Shown here in pieces: positions 1 to 11,965 of a DNA stretch of 64,000 nucleotides. Positions within the stretch are counted from its first letter, which is position 1, and each line of letters starts with the position of its first letter. The notes under the pieces are model-generated. The model was not told the DNA's origin, ran no database searches, and was given only the letters and a program-made list of their open reading frames with translations. This DNA is from an uncultured Bdellovibrionales bacterium (GTDB lineage: Bacteria; Patescibacteriota; Minisyncoccia; Moranbacterales; DUUL01): the NCBI GenBank assembly GCA_964556685.1, contig CAZKWX010000001.1, forward strand, positions 11,417-75,416. Reading direction: 5' to 3'. Made by a program: the position numbers and the translations under genes.

Positions 1-93
1 TGTAAAACTTGGATTTTGAAATTGATTTGTCATTTGGATTTTCTAATTTGGCATTTCCGAGAATGCTATTTTAGTTATTGGGGGGATATTTTT

Positions 94-1014
94 ATGGCTA
101 ACACACATGAAGCAAAACAAGAGGTGAAACAGCACGCTGGGCAGCTCAGTGATGTGCGAACGGCTGCCCACACGGAGTTACAAGAGCAAGTGCAAGGGCA
201 TGGCGAAGGCGAAGGTGCGCAGCATGAGTCAACGTTGTTTGCCGAGCCCATCACTGTTGTTAAAAGCTTTGTTGTTTCCAATTCATATTTAACCAGCTTG
301 ATGACCGTGATTGTCCTGGTGGTGCTCTTTGTGGCCGCTGGACGGAAAATTAAAAGCGTCCCTCGAGGAGTTCAAAATTTATTTGAAATCATCCTCGAAG
401 GCGCCATGAACTTTTCTGATTCAATCACGGGTGATCGAGAAAAGACTGAGAGATTTCTACCGTTAGTTCTTAGTCTTTTTTTGTTTATTTTGGTGAGTAA
501 TTGGATGGGAATTTTGCCGGGGATTAGCACCATTGGTTTTGTTCAGGAAGGGACAGGACATGAGGTTTTCGTTCCATTCTTCCGAGGGGCAACGGCTGAT
601 TTGAACACGACTTTAGCATTAGCACTGGTAGCTATCGTTGCCACTCACGTGTTTGGCGTGATGACTGTGGGCGGATGGAACTATCTGAACAGATTCATCA
701 ACATCAAAGCTATCGCTGAGATTCCAAGAAAATTTCCCAAAGATAGAAGCGTGATATATATCAATCCCATCAAAGCTTTTGTCAGTCTGATTGAAATCAT
801 TGGAGAATTTGCCAAAATTGCTTCACTGTCCTTTCGATTATTTGGGAATATTTTTGCCGGAGAAGTATTGCTTATTTCTATTACAATTTTGTTTGCATTT
901 TTGCTACCGATTCCATTTATGTTTTTGGAAATTCTAGTGGGCGTAATTCAGGCTATGGTATTTTCAGTTTTGATTTTAGTGTTTTTGACAATGTCGACGA
1001 GTAAAGCGCATTAG
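94..1014 (+). CDS. atpB: F0F1 ATP synthase subunit a
   Basis: Polytopic membrane protein. C-terminal LFGNIFAGEVLL motif is typical of subunit a. First gene of the atp block. The tool ORF starts at TTG 16; the first ATG is at 94. Confidence 0.85.
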   Translation: MANTHEAKQEVKQHAGQLSDVRTAAHTELQEQVQGHGEGEGAQHESTLFAEPITVVKSFVVSNSYLTSLMTVIVLVVLFVAAGRKIKSVPRGVQNLFEIILEGAMNFSDSITGDREKTERFLPLVLSLFLFILVSNWMGILPGISTIGFVQEGTGHEVFVPFFRGATADLNTTLALALVAIVATHVFGVMTVGGWNYLNRFINIKAIAEIPRKFPKDRSVIYINPIKAFVSLIEIIGEFAKIASLSFRLFGNIFAGEVLLISITILFAFLLPIPFMFLEILVGVIQAMVFSVLILVFLTMSTSKAH

Positions 1015-1111
1015 AGTATAATACAAATTTACAAATGAATGCGAATGCTGCGAATATGCGAATAGTTATTAATAGTTAATTTCTCATAACATTTTGCAAA
1101 ACCGACGTTAA

Positions 1112-1372
<261 letters not shown>

Positions 1373-1704
1373 TGCTTTTACCTGGTCCCGCCTAGGCGGG
1401 ATCGGAATAAAAGTGGTAGAAAGATGGCTACGAAATACGAATTGAGTACGCCTGCCTGCCGATAGGCGTTGTGTTTTTCCTCCTTTAGCAAAGGAGGTGT
1501 CACGTCGCTTGCGACGTGATGGAGGATTTGAAAAGTTAGTAGGCCAAGATTTCAAATCTCCCTAGAAATTATGACTTGCTGCGCTCGTCTATAATTTCTT
1601 TCCCTCTTTGCTAAAGAGGGATGGGGAAAAAAGTTCGAACTAAGATTAACGTTGATAGAAAGATTCGTATATTAGTGTTTGATTAGTAATTAGTAGAGAA
1701 TACC

Positions 1705-2205
1705 ATGGAACAAATTTTCAACACATTTCATATCGACTGGAAATTATTGATTGCGCAAGCAATTAATTTTGCCATTGTAGTAGCCGTGCTTTATAAATTT
1801 GCCTACAAGCCTCTCATGAAGCACATGAAGGAAAGGACCAATAAGATTGATCAAGGGCTGAAAGATGCAGAAAATGCAAGAAAACAACTGGAAAAAGCTC
1901 AAGACGAGAAAGAAGCTGAGATTGTAAAAGCGAAAAAAGAGGCTAGGCTGATTTTGGAAGGGGCTCAGAAGCAAGCTGAAAAAAATAAAGGTGCAACGGT
2001 GGCCGAGGCAAAAGAAGAAGCAGAAAAAGTCGTCCAACAAGCCAAAAAGCAAATCGAAGGAGAGAAAGAAAAAATGCTTGTCGAAGTTCGATCTGAAGTT
2101 GGCCAGTTAGTCGTGGCCGCTACTGAAAAAGTGGTGGATGAAAAAATCGACGACAAAAAAGATAGGAAGTTAGTCGAAGAGGCAGTAAGAGATATTAGTA
2201 GATGA
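1705..2205 (+). CDS. atpF: F0F1 ATP synthase subunit b
   Basis: N-terminal TM helix followed by a long charged coiled coil (K/E/A rich). Position between atpE and atpH. Confidence 0.8.
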   Translation: MEQIFNTFHIDWKLLIAQAINFAIVVAVLYKFAYKPLMKHMKERTNKIDQGLKDAENARKQLEKAQDEKEAEIVKAKKEARLILEGAQKQAEKNKGATVAEAKEEAEKVVQQAKKQIEGEKEKMLVEVRSEVGQLVVAATEKVVDEKIDDKKDRKLVEEAVRDISR

Positions 2206-2345
2206 TGAATTACGTGTAGTTAGAAGAATTGTAAGTCTTTAATTTACGGATTACAGATCAATTACAAATATACAGATAGATTAAAAAATTAGATATCGCC
2301 TAAATCTGTATATCTGTACAAATTTGTAATCAGTAAAGAGTCCAT

Positions 2346-2750
2346 ATGAAAGTTTCACCAAAGCAATATGCAAAATTGATATATGAGACAACCGAAGGTC
2401 TAAAAAAAGATCAGGTTTCTGGTGAATTAATAAAGATTGCTGAACTTGTCAAAAAGAACCGAGATGAAAGAAAAATGAGAAGCATCGAAATGGAATTTGA
2501 AAAACTCTTGAAGGAGAGAGAAGGCTTGGTTGATGCAAGCGTGGTGAGCTCAAAAGAGTTAAGCAAAGTTAAACTGGGAGAAATTCAGAAAAAAATTGCT
2601 AGTCAAAAGGGAACCAAGAAAGAAAAAGTTAAGTTGGAAAATATTGTTGATGAGAATATTAAAGGAGGTTTAGTGGTCAGAATTGAAAATGAAATTTTAG
2701 ATGCAAGTGTGTTGAATAGAGTCAATAAACTTAGTGCAAACTTAAGCTAA
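2346..2750 (+). CDS. atpH: F0F1 ATP synthase subunit delta (short form)
   Basis: C-terminal IKGGLVVRIENEILDASVLNRVNKL matches the delta/OSCP C-terminal motif (iGGi...D.Sv...L). Sits between atpF and atpA. Shorter than the typical delta. Confidence 0.65.
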   Translation: MKVSPKQYAKLIYETTEGLKKDQVSGELIKIAELVKKNRDERKMRSIEMEFEKLLKEREGLVDASVVSSKELSKVKLGEIQKKIASQKGTKKEKVKLENIVDENIKGGLVVRIENEILDASVLNRVNKLSANLS

Positions 2751-2777
2751 ATATAATTCCAATTAAATTAAAATATA

Positions 2778-4340
2778 ATGGACAAAGATTTTATTATCGA
2801 ACAACTGAAAAAGCAAATTTCTGAAACTGACACCTCGGCGGAAACTAAAAAGGTCGGCACAGTGGTGGAAGTGGGCGATGGAATTGCCAGGATTGTCGGT
2901 CTTGATGATGCGATGATGGCAGAAATGATTCGGTTTAACGTTGAGAAGGGCAAATCAGAGGATGACTTGTTTGGCGTTGCGATGAACCTGGAAGAAGGCC
3001 AGGTTGGCGTCATCATCATTGGAGATGACTCAAAGATCAAAGAAGGCACGGAAGTTCAATCAACTGGAAAAATTCTATCAGTCCCAGTGAATGAAAAGAT
3101 GATTGGTCGAGTGATCAATCCAATTGGACAGGCCATTGATGGGGAAGATCAAATTGTGGCAGAAGAATTCTATCCTTTGGAGAAAATTGCTCCAGGAGTG
3201 ATGACTCGAGAGGGAGTGAAAGAACCAGTTCAGACTGGAATTAAAGCCATCGATGCCATGATTCCCATTGGACGAGGGCAAAGAGAACTGATCATTGGTG
3301 ATCGGCAGACCGGAAAAACTGCCATTGCTGTTGACACAATCATCAACCAAAAAGGGCAAGACATGATCTGCATCTATGTGGCGGTGGGACAAAAGAAATC
3401 AAAAGTGGCTCAAATCGTGGCCAAGCTCAAAGAGCACGAAGCCATGGATCATACCATTGTAGTGGTGGCAGGGGCTTCAGATCCAGCGGCCTATTCATAT
3501 TTCGCACCCTATGCTGGCTGTGCTATTGGGGAATATTTCATGGATCAAGGAAAAGACGTGCTTGTCGTTTATGATGATCTTTCAAAGCATGCTTGGGCCT
3601 ATCGACAAGTCTCGCTTCTTTTGAGACGACCACCTGGACGAGAAGCCTATCCGGGAGATGTTTTCTATTTGCACTCAAGACTCTTGGAAAGAGCCGCCAA
3701 GCTGAACGAAGACAATGGAGGTGGATCATTGACGGCACTTCCGATTATTGAAACTCAAGCCGGTGATATCTCGGCCTACATTCCAACCAACGTAATCTCG
3801 ATCACTGATGGACAGATTTTTTTGGAATCAGACCTTTTTTATCAAGGCATTCGGCCGGCGCTCAATGTGGGGCTTTCTGTTTCTCGAGTGGGATCAGCCG
3901 CTCAGACCAAGGCGATGAAAAAAGTGGCCGGGAAGGTGAAATTGGAACTGGCTCAATTCCGAGAACTGGAAGCTTTCACAAAATTTGGATCAGATCTGGA
4001 TAAAAAAACTAAGCAGAGAATTGATCGAGGCTATCGCACAGTGGAGATTCTGAAACAGACTCAATATGCTTCGATGTCGATGGAAGACCAGGTGTTGTTG
4101 ATGTGGTCGTTGACCAATGGATATTTGGATGATGTGGAAGTGGAAAAAGTCAAAGAATGGGAGGAGGATCTTTTGAAATATGCTCACGAAGCAGCTAAGG
4201 ACATTTTGGATGAAATTGGCAAGAAGAAAAAGTTGGACGAAAAGTTGGAAGAAAAAATGAAAGGACTGGTAGAAGATTACAAATCGACAAGAAATGATGG
4301 AAGTAAGGAGGGAGACGAGGGCAAGCAGAATAAGGAATAA
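2778..4340 (+). CDS. atpA: F0F1 ATP synthase subunit alpha
   Basis: Walker [19 protein letters not shown]. Alpha-specific C-terminal region. ~520 aa. Confidence 0.95.
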   Translation: MDKDFIIEQLKKQISETDTSAETKKVGTVVEVGDGIARIVGLDDAMMAEMIRFNVEKGKSEDDLFGVAMNLEEGQVGVIIIGDDSKIKEGTEVQSTGKILSVPVNEKMIGRVINPIGQAIDGEDQIVAEEFYPLEKIAPGVMTREGVKEPVQTGIKAIDAMIPIGRGQRELIIGDRQTGKTAIAVDTIINQKGQDMICIYVAVGQKKSKVAQIVAKLKEHEAMDHTIVVVAGASDPAAYSYFAPYAGCAIGEYFMDQGKDVLVVYDDLSKHAWAYRQVSLLLRRPPGREAYPGDVFYLHSRLLERAAKLNEDNGGGSLTALPIIETQAGDISAYIPTNVISITDGQIFLESDLFYQGIRPALNVGLSVSRVGSAAQTKAMKKVAGKVKLELAQFRELEAFTKFGSDLDKKTKQRIDRGYRTVEILKQTQYASMSMEDQVLLMWSLTNGYLDDVEVEKVKEWEEDLLKYAHEAAKDILDEIGKKKKLDEKLEEKMKGLVEDYKSTRNDGSKEGDEGKQNKE

Positions 4341-4443
4341 TTATCAATAATCAATAAACAATTATCATTCAATAATCAATGATCAATTTCAAAATGAAAA
4401 TTCATTGATAACTGATAATTGTAAATTGAAAATTTTATAAGAT

Positions 4444-5424
4444 ATGGCGAAAGGAGCTAAAGAAATACAACGAAGAATAAAATCAGTTGGCAACACTCGA
4501 AAAATCACTCGAGCGATGGAAATGGTGGCCGCTGCCAAGATGAAGAAGGAAGTTTCTCGCGTTTTGGCTATTCGGGCATATGCTCATAGCGCCCAGATGG
4601 TTTTAACATATCTATCTCGAGCATTTGCTAAACAGAAGCATGGTTTGTTAGAAGTACGAGAAGTCAAGAGAATCTTAGTGGTCTTAATTACATCGAACCG
4701 GGGACTATGCGGTGCTTACAACACTCAGGTGATAAAAAGACTCATAGACCAAGTGGAAAACCCAAAACTTCTGAAAATCAACCGAGTCGGAACAAAGAGA
4801 ATCGAATCAACAGTGCCGGATGATCAGATTGAGTTTGACTTTATCGCAGTGGGAAAGAAAGGCTTTGAACAACTCAATGCACGAGGAAAAAATGTGATTG
4901 CTGAATTTGAAGATTTGAATTACACACCAACACCAGATTCTGTTTGGCCATTAGCCAAGATTGCTATTGATGACTATCAGAATGCAAATTATGACAAAGT
5001 AGTAGTAGCCTACACCGACTTCAAGAACTCTCTGATTCAAGAACCAAAGCTGCGTCAGATTTTGCCGATTTCAAAGATTGACTTGGAAAAGCAAATTGAG
5101 GAAATGAGTTCTGGGATTTCTGGTGATGAAATTCAGGAAACAGAATCAAAGGAAGAAGAGCAGATTGATTATACGATTGAACCAGATCCGCAAGTTGTGG
5201 TGAAACATATGTTGCCGAGGTTGGTGGAAATGCAGCTTTATCATGCCATTTTAGAATCTAATGCTTCACGAGAATCGGCTCGGATGATGGCTATGAAAAA
5301 TGCTAATGAAGCAGCAGGAGAAATGATACAGCTGTTGCAATATTCATATAACCAGATTCGCCAGATGGGAATTACTCAAGAGATTGCGGAGATCACTTCG
5401 GGAAGAACGGCACTTGAGGATTAG
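4444..5424 (+). CDS. atpG: F0F1 ATP synthase subunit gamma
   Basis: N-terminal IQRRIKSVGNTRKITRAMEMVAAAKMKK and C-terminal NQIRQMGITQEIAEI coiled-coil motifs characteristic of gamma. Confidence 0.9.
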   Translation: MAKGAKEIQRRIKSVGNTRKITRAMEMVAAAKMKKEVSRVLAIRAYAHSAQMVLTYLSRAFAKQKHGLLEVREVKRILVVLITSNRGLCGAYNTQVIKRLIDQVENPKLLKINRVGTKRIESTVPDDQIEFDFIAVGKKGFEQLNARGKNVIAEFEDLNYTPTPDSVWPLAKIAIDDYQNANYDKVVVAYTDFKNSLIQEPKLRQILPISKIDLEKQIEEMSSGISGDEIQETESKEEEQIDYTIEPDPQVVVKHMLPRLVEMQLYHAILESNASRESARMMAMKNANEAAGEMIQLLQYSYNQIRQMGITQEIAEITSGRTALED

Positions 5425-5518
5425 TTTTTATAAGCTAGTTATACGCTTTAATACTATCGCCAGTATTACGCCAGCGTATCACCAGCGTTTAGTCAAGGTG
5501 TATTACTGGCTTATATTT

Positions 5519-6073
5519 ATGTTGGAAGTTGAAGCTAAAATTAGAGTAAAAGACCTGGAAACCGCTAGAAAGAATCTCAAAAAGCTGGGAGCCAAAAAAG
5601 TGGAAGAAAAAGTCCAAATTGATAAAGTGTATGGGCGAGATTCTGATTTAGACGACGAGCATAAGGTAATTGAAGGAAGATTCAGCGCCAGGATTAGAAA
5701 GACTAACAAAGTCTGCCGGATTGATTTTAAGGAGATTTTGCGAGGCAAACCAGGCGACGAACATAACATTGAACTGAGTGACATTGATGAGGGTGATAAG
5801 TTTTTACAAAAATTGGATTATAAAGAGGCCTTCACATCGGAGAAGAAAAGGGAAATCTATGGATATGAAAGTTTTGAAATTTGCTTGGATGACTTTCCAA
5901 AACTTGGCTATTTCATTGAAGCAGAAAAAAAGATTGAAGAAGGAGAAAGCAAGGAAGATGCGTATAAAAGTTGTGTGGAAGTTTTGAAGAAAATTGATCC
6001 AAGGGGAGAGATTGAAAACAAAAAATATGGGGATTTGATTCAGGAAGTGATTAATGAGAAAGGGAAGTTTTAA
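5519..6073 (+). CDS. CYTH-domain protein (class IV adenylyl cyclase / triphosphate tunnel metalloenzyme-like)
   Basis: N-terminal MLEVEAKIRV carries the ExExK signature of CYTH. Acidic clusters downstream. The tool ORF 5384 start overlaps the atpG tail; the in-frame ATG at 5519 is preferred. Confidence 0.55.
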   Translation: MLEVEAKIRVKDLETARKNLKKLGAKKVEEKVQIDKVYGRDSDLDDEHKVIEGRFSARIRKTNKVCRIDFKEILRGKPGDEHNIELSDIDEGDKFLQKLDYKEAFTSEKKREIYGYESFEICLDDFPKLGYFIEAEKKIEEGESKEDAYKSCVEVLKKIDPRGEIENKKYGDLIQEVINEKGKF

Positions 6074-6080
6074 CACACAT

Positions 6081-6157
6081 GTCATCTCGACCGAAGCGAA
6101 GTGGAGAGATCTCATGACAACTCACGAGATTCCTCGACTACGCCCGGAATGACAGTG
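6081..6157. repeat. MITE-like element, family B (ATGTCAT..CGA ... TCG..ATGAC terminal inverted repeats)
   Basis: Shares the GAGATCTCATGACAA / GAGATTCCTCGACTACGC core with copies at 34258, 43219 and 60996. Confidence 0.7.
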
Positions 6158-6165
6158 AATTAATT

Positions 6166-6654
6166 ATGAAAAAGTACAATAAAACAGTTCAAGACATTAA
6201 AACGCTGCTGGAGAAAAATGATATCGAATACAAGTTCTTTGAGCACAAACCAGTCAGGACTAGTGAAGAGGCAGTGAAAGTAAGGCCAGATTATAGTTTG
6301 CAACAAGGAGCCAAAGCTATGATTGTCAAGCCCAAAATTAATGGCGAAAGAACATTCGTGATGCTGGTTTTGCCGGGAGACAAGCGATTTGACAACAAGA
6401 AGGTGAAAAAAGTTTTGGACGCTAAAGATGTTACTTTCGCATCCGAAGAAGAAGTCGCCAAATTGACAAATGGAGTAATCCCAGGAGGAGTTCCACCGTT
6501 TGGTAATTTGTTTGGACTGAAAGTGGTTGCTGATCCTGATTTATTTAAAAATGATGAAATAGTTTTTAACTGTGGTGATCAGAGCGCTTCAATTGCAATG
6601 AAGAGTGAAGACTATGAACGAATTGTCAAACCAGAAATTGTCGAGATAACTTAG
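6166..6654 (+). CDS. YbaK/ProX-type aminoacyl-tRNA deacylase domain protein
   Basis: ~160 aa. GVIPGGVPPFGNLFG and CG..SASI motifs resemble the YbaK/EbsC trans-editing domain. Confidence 0.6.
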   Translation: MKKYNKTVQDIKTLLEKNDIEYKFFEHKPVRTSEEAVKVRPDYSLQQGAKAMIVKPKINGERTFVMLVLPGDKRFDNKKVKKVLDAKDVTFASEEEVAKLTNGVIPGGVPPFGNLFGLKVVADPDLFKNDEIVFNCGDQSASIAMKSEDYERIVKPEIVEIT

Positions 6655-6718
6655 GAGCAATTTGAAATTTGAAGTTTGTAATTTTTATTCAATTTATAAT
6701 TAATCAATTTCGAATTGA

Positions 6719-8134
<1,416 letters not shown>

Positions 8135-8139
8135 GAGGT

Positions 8140-8212
8140 AAGATCTAGGATTTAAGAATAAATTCAAATCCCCCACCTCGAGTACGAGGCACCCCCTTTA
8201 CTAAAGGGGGAA
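8140..8212. repeat. Element related to family G (TTCAAATCCC ... CCCCCTTT ACT AAAGGGGG hairpin)
   Basis: Begins GATTTAAGAATAAATTCAAATCCCCC like the 1545 and 9030 copies. Ends in the CCYCTT-N3-AAGRGG hairpin module. Confidence 0.55.
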
Positions 8213-8256
8213 ATAAAGAAATGCTGTAGTGGTACGACATGCTATATTGAAAAATA

Positions 8257-8288
8257 GTATATACCAACGTATATACGAATGTATATAC
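8257..8288. repeat. GTATATAC x3 array (family D)
   Basis: gtatatac-caac-gtatatac-gaat-gtatatac: three copies of the palindromic 8-mer at 12-bp phase. Confidence 0.8.
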
Positions 8289-8307
8289 AAATTAAGCAAG
8301 TATCTTT

Positions 8308-9006
8308 ATGGTATTGCTCGGACTTACAACTTCAAAAAGATCAAATTGGCAGCAGAAAATAAGAGAAGCGTCATATTATAATATTGAAAAAATATCACTT
8401 TTCCCTACGTATTCACGGATATCTGAAAGAAAAAAACTCTACGAAGCGATTGATGGGAGTACCATTGTTGAAATACCTCATGTGCATCTGTGCCATGATA
8501 TAGAATTGTGGGAGCTAGATTATTTTGTTAAAGAATACAATACCCAAATTTTTAACATACACACTGAGAGATTATTTCCGCTGGAGAATGATATTTCAAA
8601 GTATAATTCCAAGATATTCGTTGAAAATGCAGGACTACCCACAGAGAATGAATTAAAGAAATTCGGTGGTTTCTGTATAGATTTTGCACATTGGGAAGAC
8701 TATATAAGATTAGAGGGAGAAAAGTACAATCCAGAAGAGGATAAAATCAGGGACTGGATGAAGAAGTATGATGTTGGTTGTGGTCACGTGTCAGCAATTT
8801 CAGAAGAAATACACGAAGATGAGGGCATTCCAGGAAGAATGTGTTATGCCTCGCATTGGATGAATAGTCTGGATGATATAAAATATATGAAAAAATATGT
8901 CAAGTATGTTTCTAAATATGTTAGTATTGAGTTGGATAATCCTTTCAAGGAACAACTCAAGGTGAAGAAATACTTAGAGAAAATTCTATATAAAAGGATC
9001 AATTGA
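8308..9006 (+). CDS. hypothetical protein, possibly xylose-isomerase-like TIM-barrel (sugar phosphate isomerase/epimerase) fold
   Basis: Conserved H/E/D-containing segments (IFVENAG, CIDFAHWED, CGHV). Inserted between atpD and atpC. Weak assignment. Confidence 0.3.
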   Translation: MVLLGLTTSKRSNWQQKIREASYYNIEKISLFPTYSRISERKKLYEAIDGSTIVEIPHVHLCHDIELWELDYFVKEYNTQIFNIHTERLFPLENDISKYNSKIFVENAGLPTENELKKFGGFCIDFAHWEDYIRLEGEKYNPEEDKIRDWMKKYDVGCGHVSAISEEIHEDEGIPGRMCYASHWMNSLDDIKYMKKYVKYVSKYVSIELDNPFKEQLKVKKYLEKILYKRIN

Positions 9007-9029
9007 TGAAGTGAAGAGCAAGAATTAGG

Positions 9030-9118
9030 AATTAAGATTTAAGAGTTCAAATCCCTCTGAAGAATATGACTCGCATAGCTCGTCTATATTTTTCTTCTCC
9101 CTTTGCTAAAAGGAGAAG
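9030..9118. repeat. Family G element (GATTTAAGAGTTCAAATCCCTC ... GCTCGTCTATA ... CTCCCTTTGCTAAAAGGAGAAG)
   Basis: Near-identical architecture to 1545-1622. Contains a tRNA T-loop-like GTTCAAATCC but no tRNA cloverleaf. Confidence 0.65.
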
Positions 9119-9214
9119 ATTGGAAAGAAAAGGAATAAATAACTATACAACGTTGCTGTGTCGAGAAATAGTACTTGCCATAGTAAGTACGTCCGAGCAC
9201 GTATTAGAATCATT

Positions 9215-9871
9215 ATGATCAGAAAAAATGTCCCATTTTATGCCAATACGGCAGACAATACACACTGCTTTCAGGCTTCTTTGAAAATGGTAATGAAGTA
9301 TTTTTGGCCAAATAGGAATTATTCATGGAAAAAATTAGATAAAATCACCGCAAAAATTCCTGGACTATGGACCTGGCCAATGGCAGGACTGATCTGGTTA
9401 CAAAAACAAGGAATTGAAATTGCGATGGTTGAAGCTTTTGACTATTCAAGATTCATAAAACTAGGAGGAGAATATTTAATTGAGGAATTTGGGAAAGAAG
9501 TAGGGGAAGCCCAGATCAAACACAGTAATATAGACCAAGAAATAAGATTTGCGAAAGAATTTTTGGAGAGAATTAAAATTGAAAAACGAATTCCCAAATT
9601 AAAAGACATAAAAAGATTTTTAAAGAAAGGTTATGTCATTATATGTAATGTTAATTCTCGCAAATTAGCAAAGAAAGAAGGGTATGTCGGTCATTTTATC
9701 GTTATTTTTAATTTTAATGATAAATATCTTTTTCTTCATAACCCTGGTCTTCCACCCCAAAAAAATCAAAGAGTAAGTTTTAAGCAATTTGAAAAAGCTT
9801 GGGCTTATCCGAATGAAAGAGCAAAAGGAATAATAGCGTTAAGAATTAACATTACTAACCAAGATATTTAA
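9215..9871 (+). CDS. C39-like papain-fold cysteine peptidase domain protein
   Basis: NTHCFQASLKMVMKYFW (Cys motif) and GHFIVIF (His motif) resemble Peptidase_C39-like domains. The tool ORF starts at GTG 9158; the in-frame ATG is at 9215. Confidence 0.4.
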   Translation: MIRKNVPFYANTADNTHCFQASLKMVMKYFWPNRNYSWKKLDKITAKIPGLWTWPMAGLIWLQKQGIEIAMVEAFDYSRFIKLGGEYLIEEFGKEVGEAQIKHSNIDQEIRFAKEFLERIKIEKRIPKLKDIKRFLKKGYVIICNVNSRKLAKKEGYVGHFIVIFNFNDKYLFLHNPGLPPQKNQRVSFKQFEKAWAYPNERAKGIIALRINITNQDI

Positions 9872-9984
9872 TAAATTTTGGACCACAACGCCTCGAAATA
9901 AAACGCCGCATCTATGACAGAGCAAGAAATAAAGGGGCGTAGTACTGGCGATTTAAGCAGGGCGTTCTACTGGCATATACAACA

Positions 9985-10428
9985 ATGAAAAAAATCAACC
10001 TAAAAATAACCACTCCGGAACGAGTGGTGCTAGAAAAAGAAGTTGATCAAGTAACTCTGCCGACTAAGGGAGGGGAGATTACGATTTTGCCTGATCACGT
10101 GCCATTGCTTTCTACCATTACGGCTGGGATCATTGTGGCCAAGATCGACGAACAAATTTCTCCTATGGCGATTTCAGGCGGTTTTTTGGAATATCACAAC
10201 AATCAAGTGACGGTTTTGGCTGACACAGCAGAAAGGGTTGAAGAAATAGATTTGGATCGAGCAGAAGAAGCTCGAAAAAGAGCCGAAAAATTGAAACAGG
10301 AAACCAGGAAAACGCTTGACGAAGGACAATATGCTGCGGTGGTCTCGCAAATTGAGAAACAACTTGCTAGAATAAAAGCAGCCCAAAAATATCGACCTCG
10401 TAGCAGTTCGACATTGGGCGATGAATAG
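9985..10428 (+). CDS. atpC: F0F1 ATP synthase subunit epsilon
   Basis: N-terminal beta-sandwich (ITTPERVVLEKEVDQVTLPTKGGEITILPDHVPL) plus C-terminal helical hairpin. Last atp gene. Confidence 0.85.
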   Translation: MKKINLKITTPERVVLEKEVDQVTLPTKGGEITILPDHVPLLSTITAGIIVAKIDEQISPMAISGGFLEYHNNQVTVLADTAERVEEIDLDRAEEARKRAEKLKQETRKTLDEGQYAAVVSQIEKQLARIKAAQKYRPRSSSTLGDE

Positions 10429-11965
10429 AAATAAAAGACAAATTTTGATAAAAAAAATACCAACTTGGGTTTTGATCTCATTAGCCCTGATTTTGGCTTT
10501 GGGGCTGTTTTTACGTGTCTATAAACTTGGCCAACAATCACTCATAGCTGATGAATATTTGGGGATGAACATTAGCTATGGCTACAATCAAACAGGGGAA
10601 TGGACATTCTGGGATTTCAACAAACAAAAATTGATGGAGTGGGATTATAATCGAGCTCAAATTTATTATTGGCAAGTAGCTCAAGTTTTCAACTTTTTTG
10701 AGCCAACCGAAGCCAACTCTCGCTTGATAAGCGTGATGTGGGGAATGATCGGATTACTTTCAATTTTTTTGATTGCTTTTTGGGTGACAAAAAATTATGT
10801 TGTTGCGCTGATTTCAACCTTGCTTTTGGCAGTGAGTGTTTCTTCACTGACTTTTGATCGAAAGCTGAGAATGTATTCAATGTTTGTTCCGATATACCTT
10901 TGGCTATCCTATTTTTTATATATGTTTATAGAATCTCAGCCGAAAAGGGGGCCAAACTTTATCAAAAATATATCAGAAAAAACCAAACTTAATTGGAATT
11001 TCTTTCTGCCCGCTATTCTATTGGGACTTATATCAGTAGCAACGCATTTACTGGCAGTTAATATTGGAATAGTGTTGTTAGTCTACTTGCTAGTTATGGC
11101 TTGGAAGGCTCGCAAAAAAGAAAAAGCCTGGGCCAATCGATATTCCTATTACCTTATAGTTTTTTTGCTGCTCATTATTATTGGAATGAATTTCAGTTAT
11201 GCTCAACTAGCGTTGAAAGAATTTTCTTTCTGGATAAACAATTGGAGTTACCTATCAAAAGCCAGCTTGGATTATAGTCACATGTTTTTGGCCGGACTCT
11301 TCTTGGTGGCCGGAATATATTGGCTGATTAAAAATAATTCAAAGAAAGGAATTTGGATTGTTGTCTCATATTTAACAATTCTTTTCTTGGCAATTATGGT
11401 TTGGAGAAGAAGCGCTGGGCATCAGTATCTGCTTTTCACCCAACCTTTCAAGATTATGATCATCGCTGGTGGAATCTATTTTATTTCAGATGTTCTTTCT
11501 AAAGAAGTTTTCAATGGCTCAAGGAGGTGGTTTTGGGGACTGATTACAACCTTTTTAATATTGCTGATTAATTTTTCGTTCTTTTCCTCAAAGGAAAGCT
11601 TTTATGCTGGTCCCAAAAGTTGGTCCCACACAAACTATCGTGAGGGATATGATTATTATCATAAGCACCGAAAAGCTAACAGCGCAGTCATCATTCGTCC
11701 AGCGGTGACCTATTACCTGAAGGGCGTGAACACCGATGTCATTGAATACAATGAGGATGACAAGCTTCAGCTAGAAGAAATACTCAGCGCTCAAAGTAAG
11801 TATGATGAAATTTGGTTTATCTATTCAAAAGACACCTATGTAAGTGGAGATGCCAAGGATCATATTCGAGAGAACTTTGAACTAATCGAAACTAAATATA
11901 CTAACAAGAAATTGCAAATTAGAAGGTGGCAGAAAGAAGATACAAAAAATAACGCCAGCTCATGA
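10421..11965 (+). CDS. GT-C family membrane glycosyltransferase (PMT/ArnT-like, GT39/GT83-like), paralog 1
   Basis: ~12 TM helices. DE motif in the first extracytoplasmic loop (SLIADEYLGMN). Overlaps the atpC stop by 8 nt. Confidence 0.6.
   Translation: MNRNKRQILIKKIPTWVLISLALILALGLFLRVYKLGQQSLIADEYLGMNISYGYNQTGEWTFWDFNKQKLMEWDYNRAQIYYWQVAQVFNFFEPTEANSRLISVMWGMIGLLSIFLIAFWVTKNYVVALISTLLLAVSVSSLTFDRKLRMYSMFVPIYLWLSYFLYMFIESQPKRGPNFIKNISEKTKLNWNFFLPAILLGLISVATHLLAVNIGIVLLVYLLVMAWKARKKEKAWANRYSYYLIVFLLLIIIGMNFSYAQLALKEFSFWINNWSYLSKASLDYSHMFLAGLFLVAGIYWLIKNNSKKGIWIVVSYLTILFLAIMVWRRSAGHQYLLFTQPFKIMIIAGGIYFISDVLSKEVFNGSRRWFWGLITTFLILLINFSFFSSKESFYAGPKSWSHTNYREGYDYYHKHRKANSAVIIRPAVTYYLKGVNTDVIEYNEDDKLQLEEILSAQSKYDEIWFIYSKDTYVSGDAKDHIRENFELIETKYTNKKLQIRRWQKEDTKNNASS

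Noticed and set aside
5384-5518. N-terminal extension of the CYTH ORF overlapping atpG
   Set aside because: The extension has no motif and overlaps the atpG coding end. The CYTH ExExK signature begins right at the internal ATG at 5519.
9040-9060. tRNA-like T-arm GAGTTCAAATCCCTC (also at 1551 and 8161)
   Set aside because: No acceptor, D or anticodon stems can be drawn around it. Treated as part of a repeat element, not a tRNA gene.
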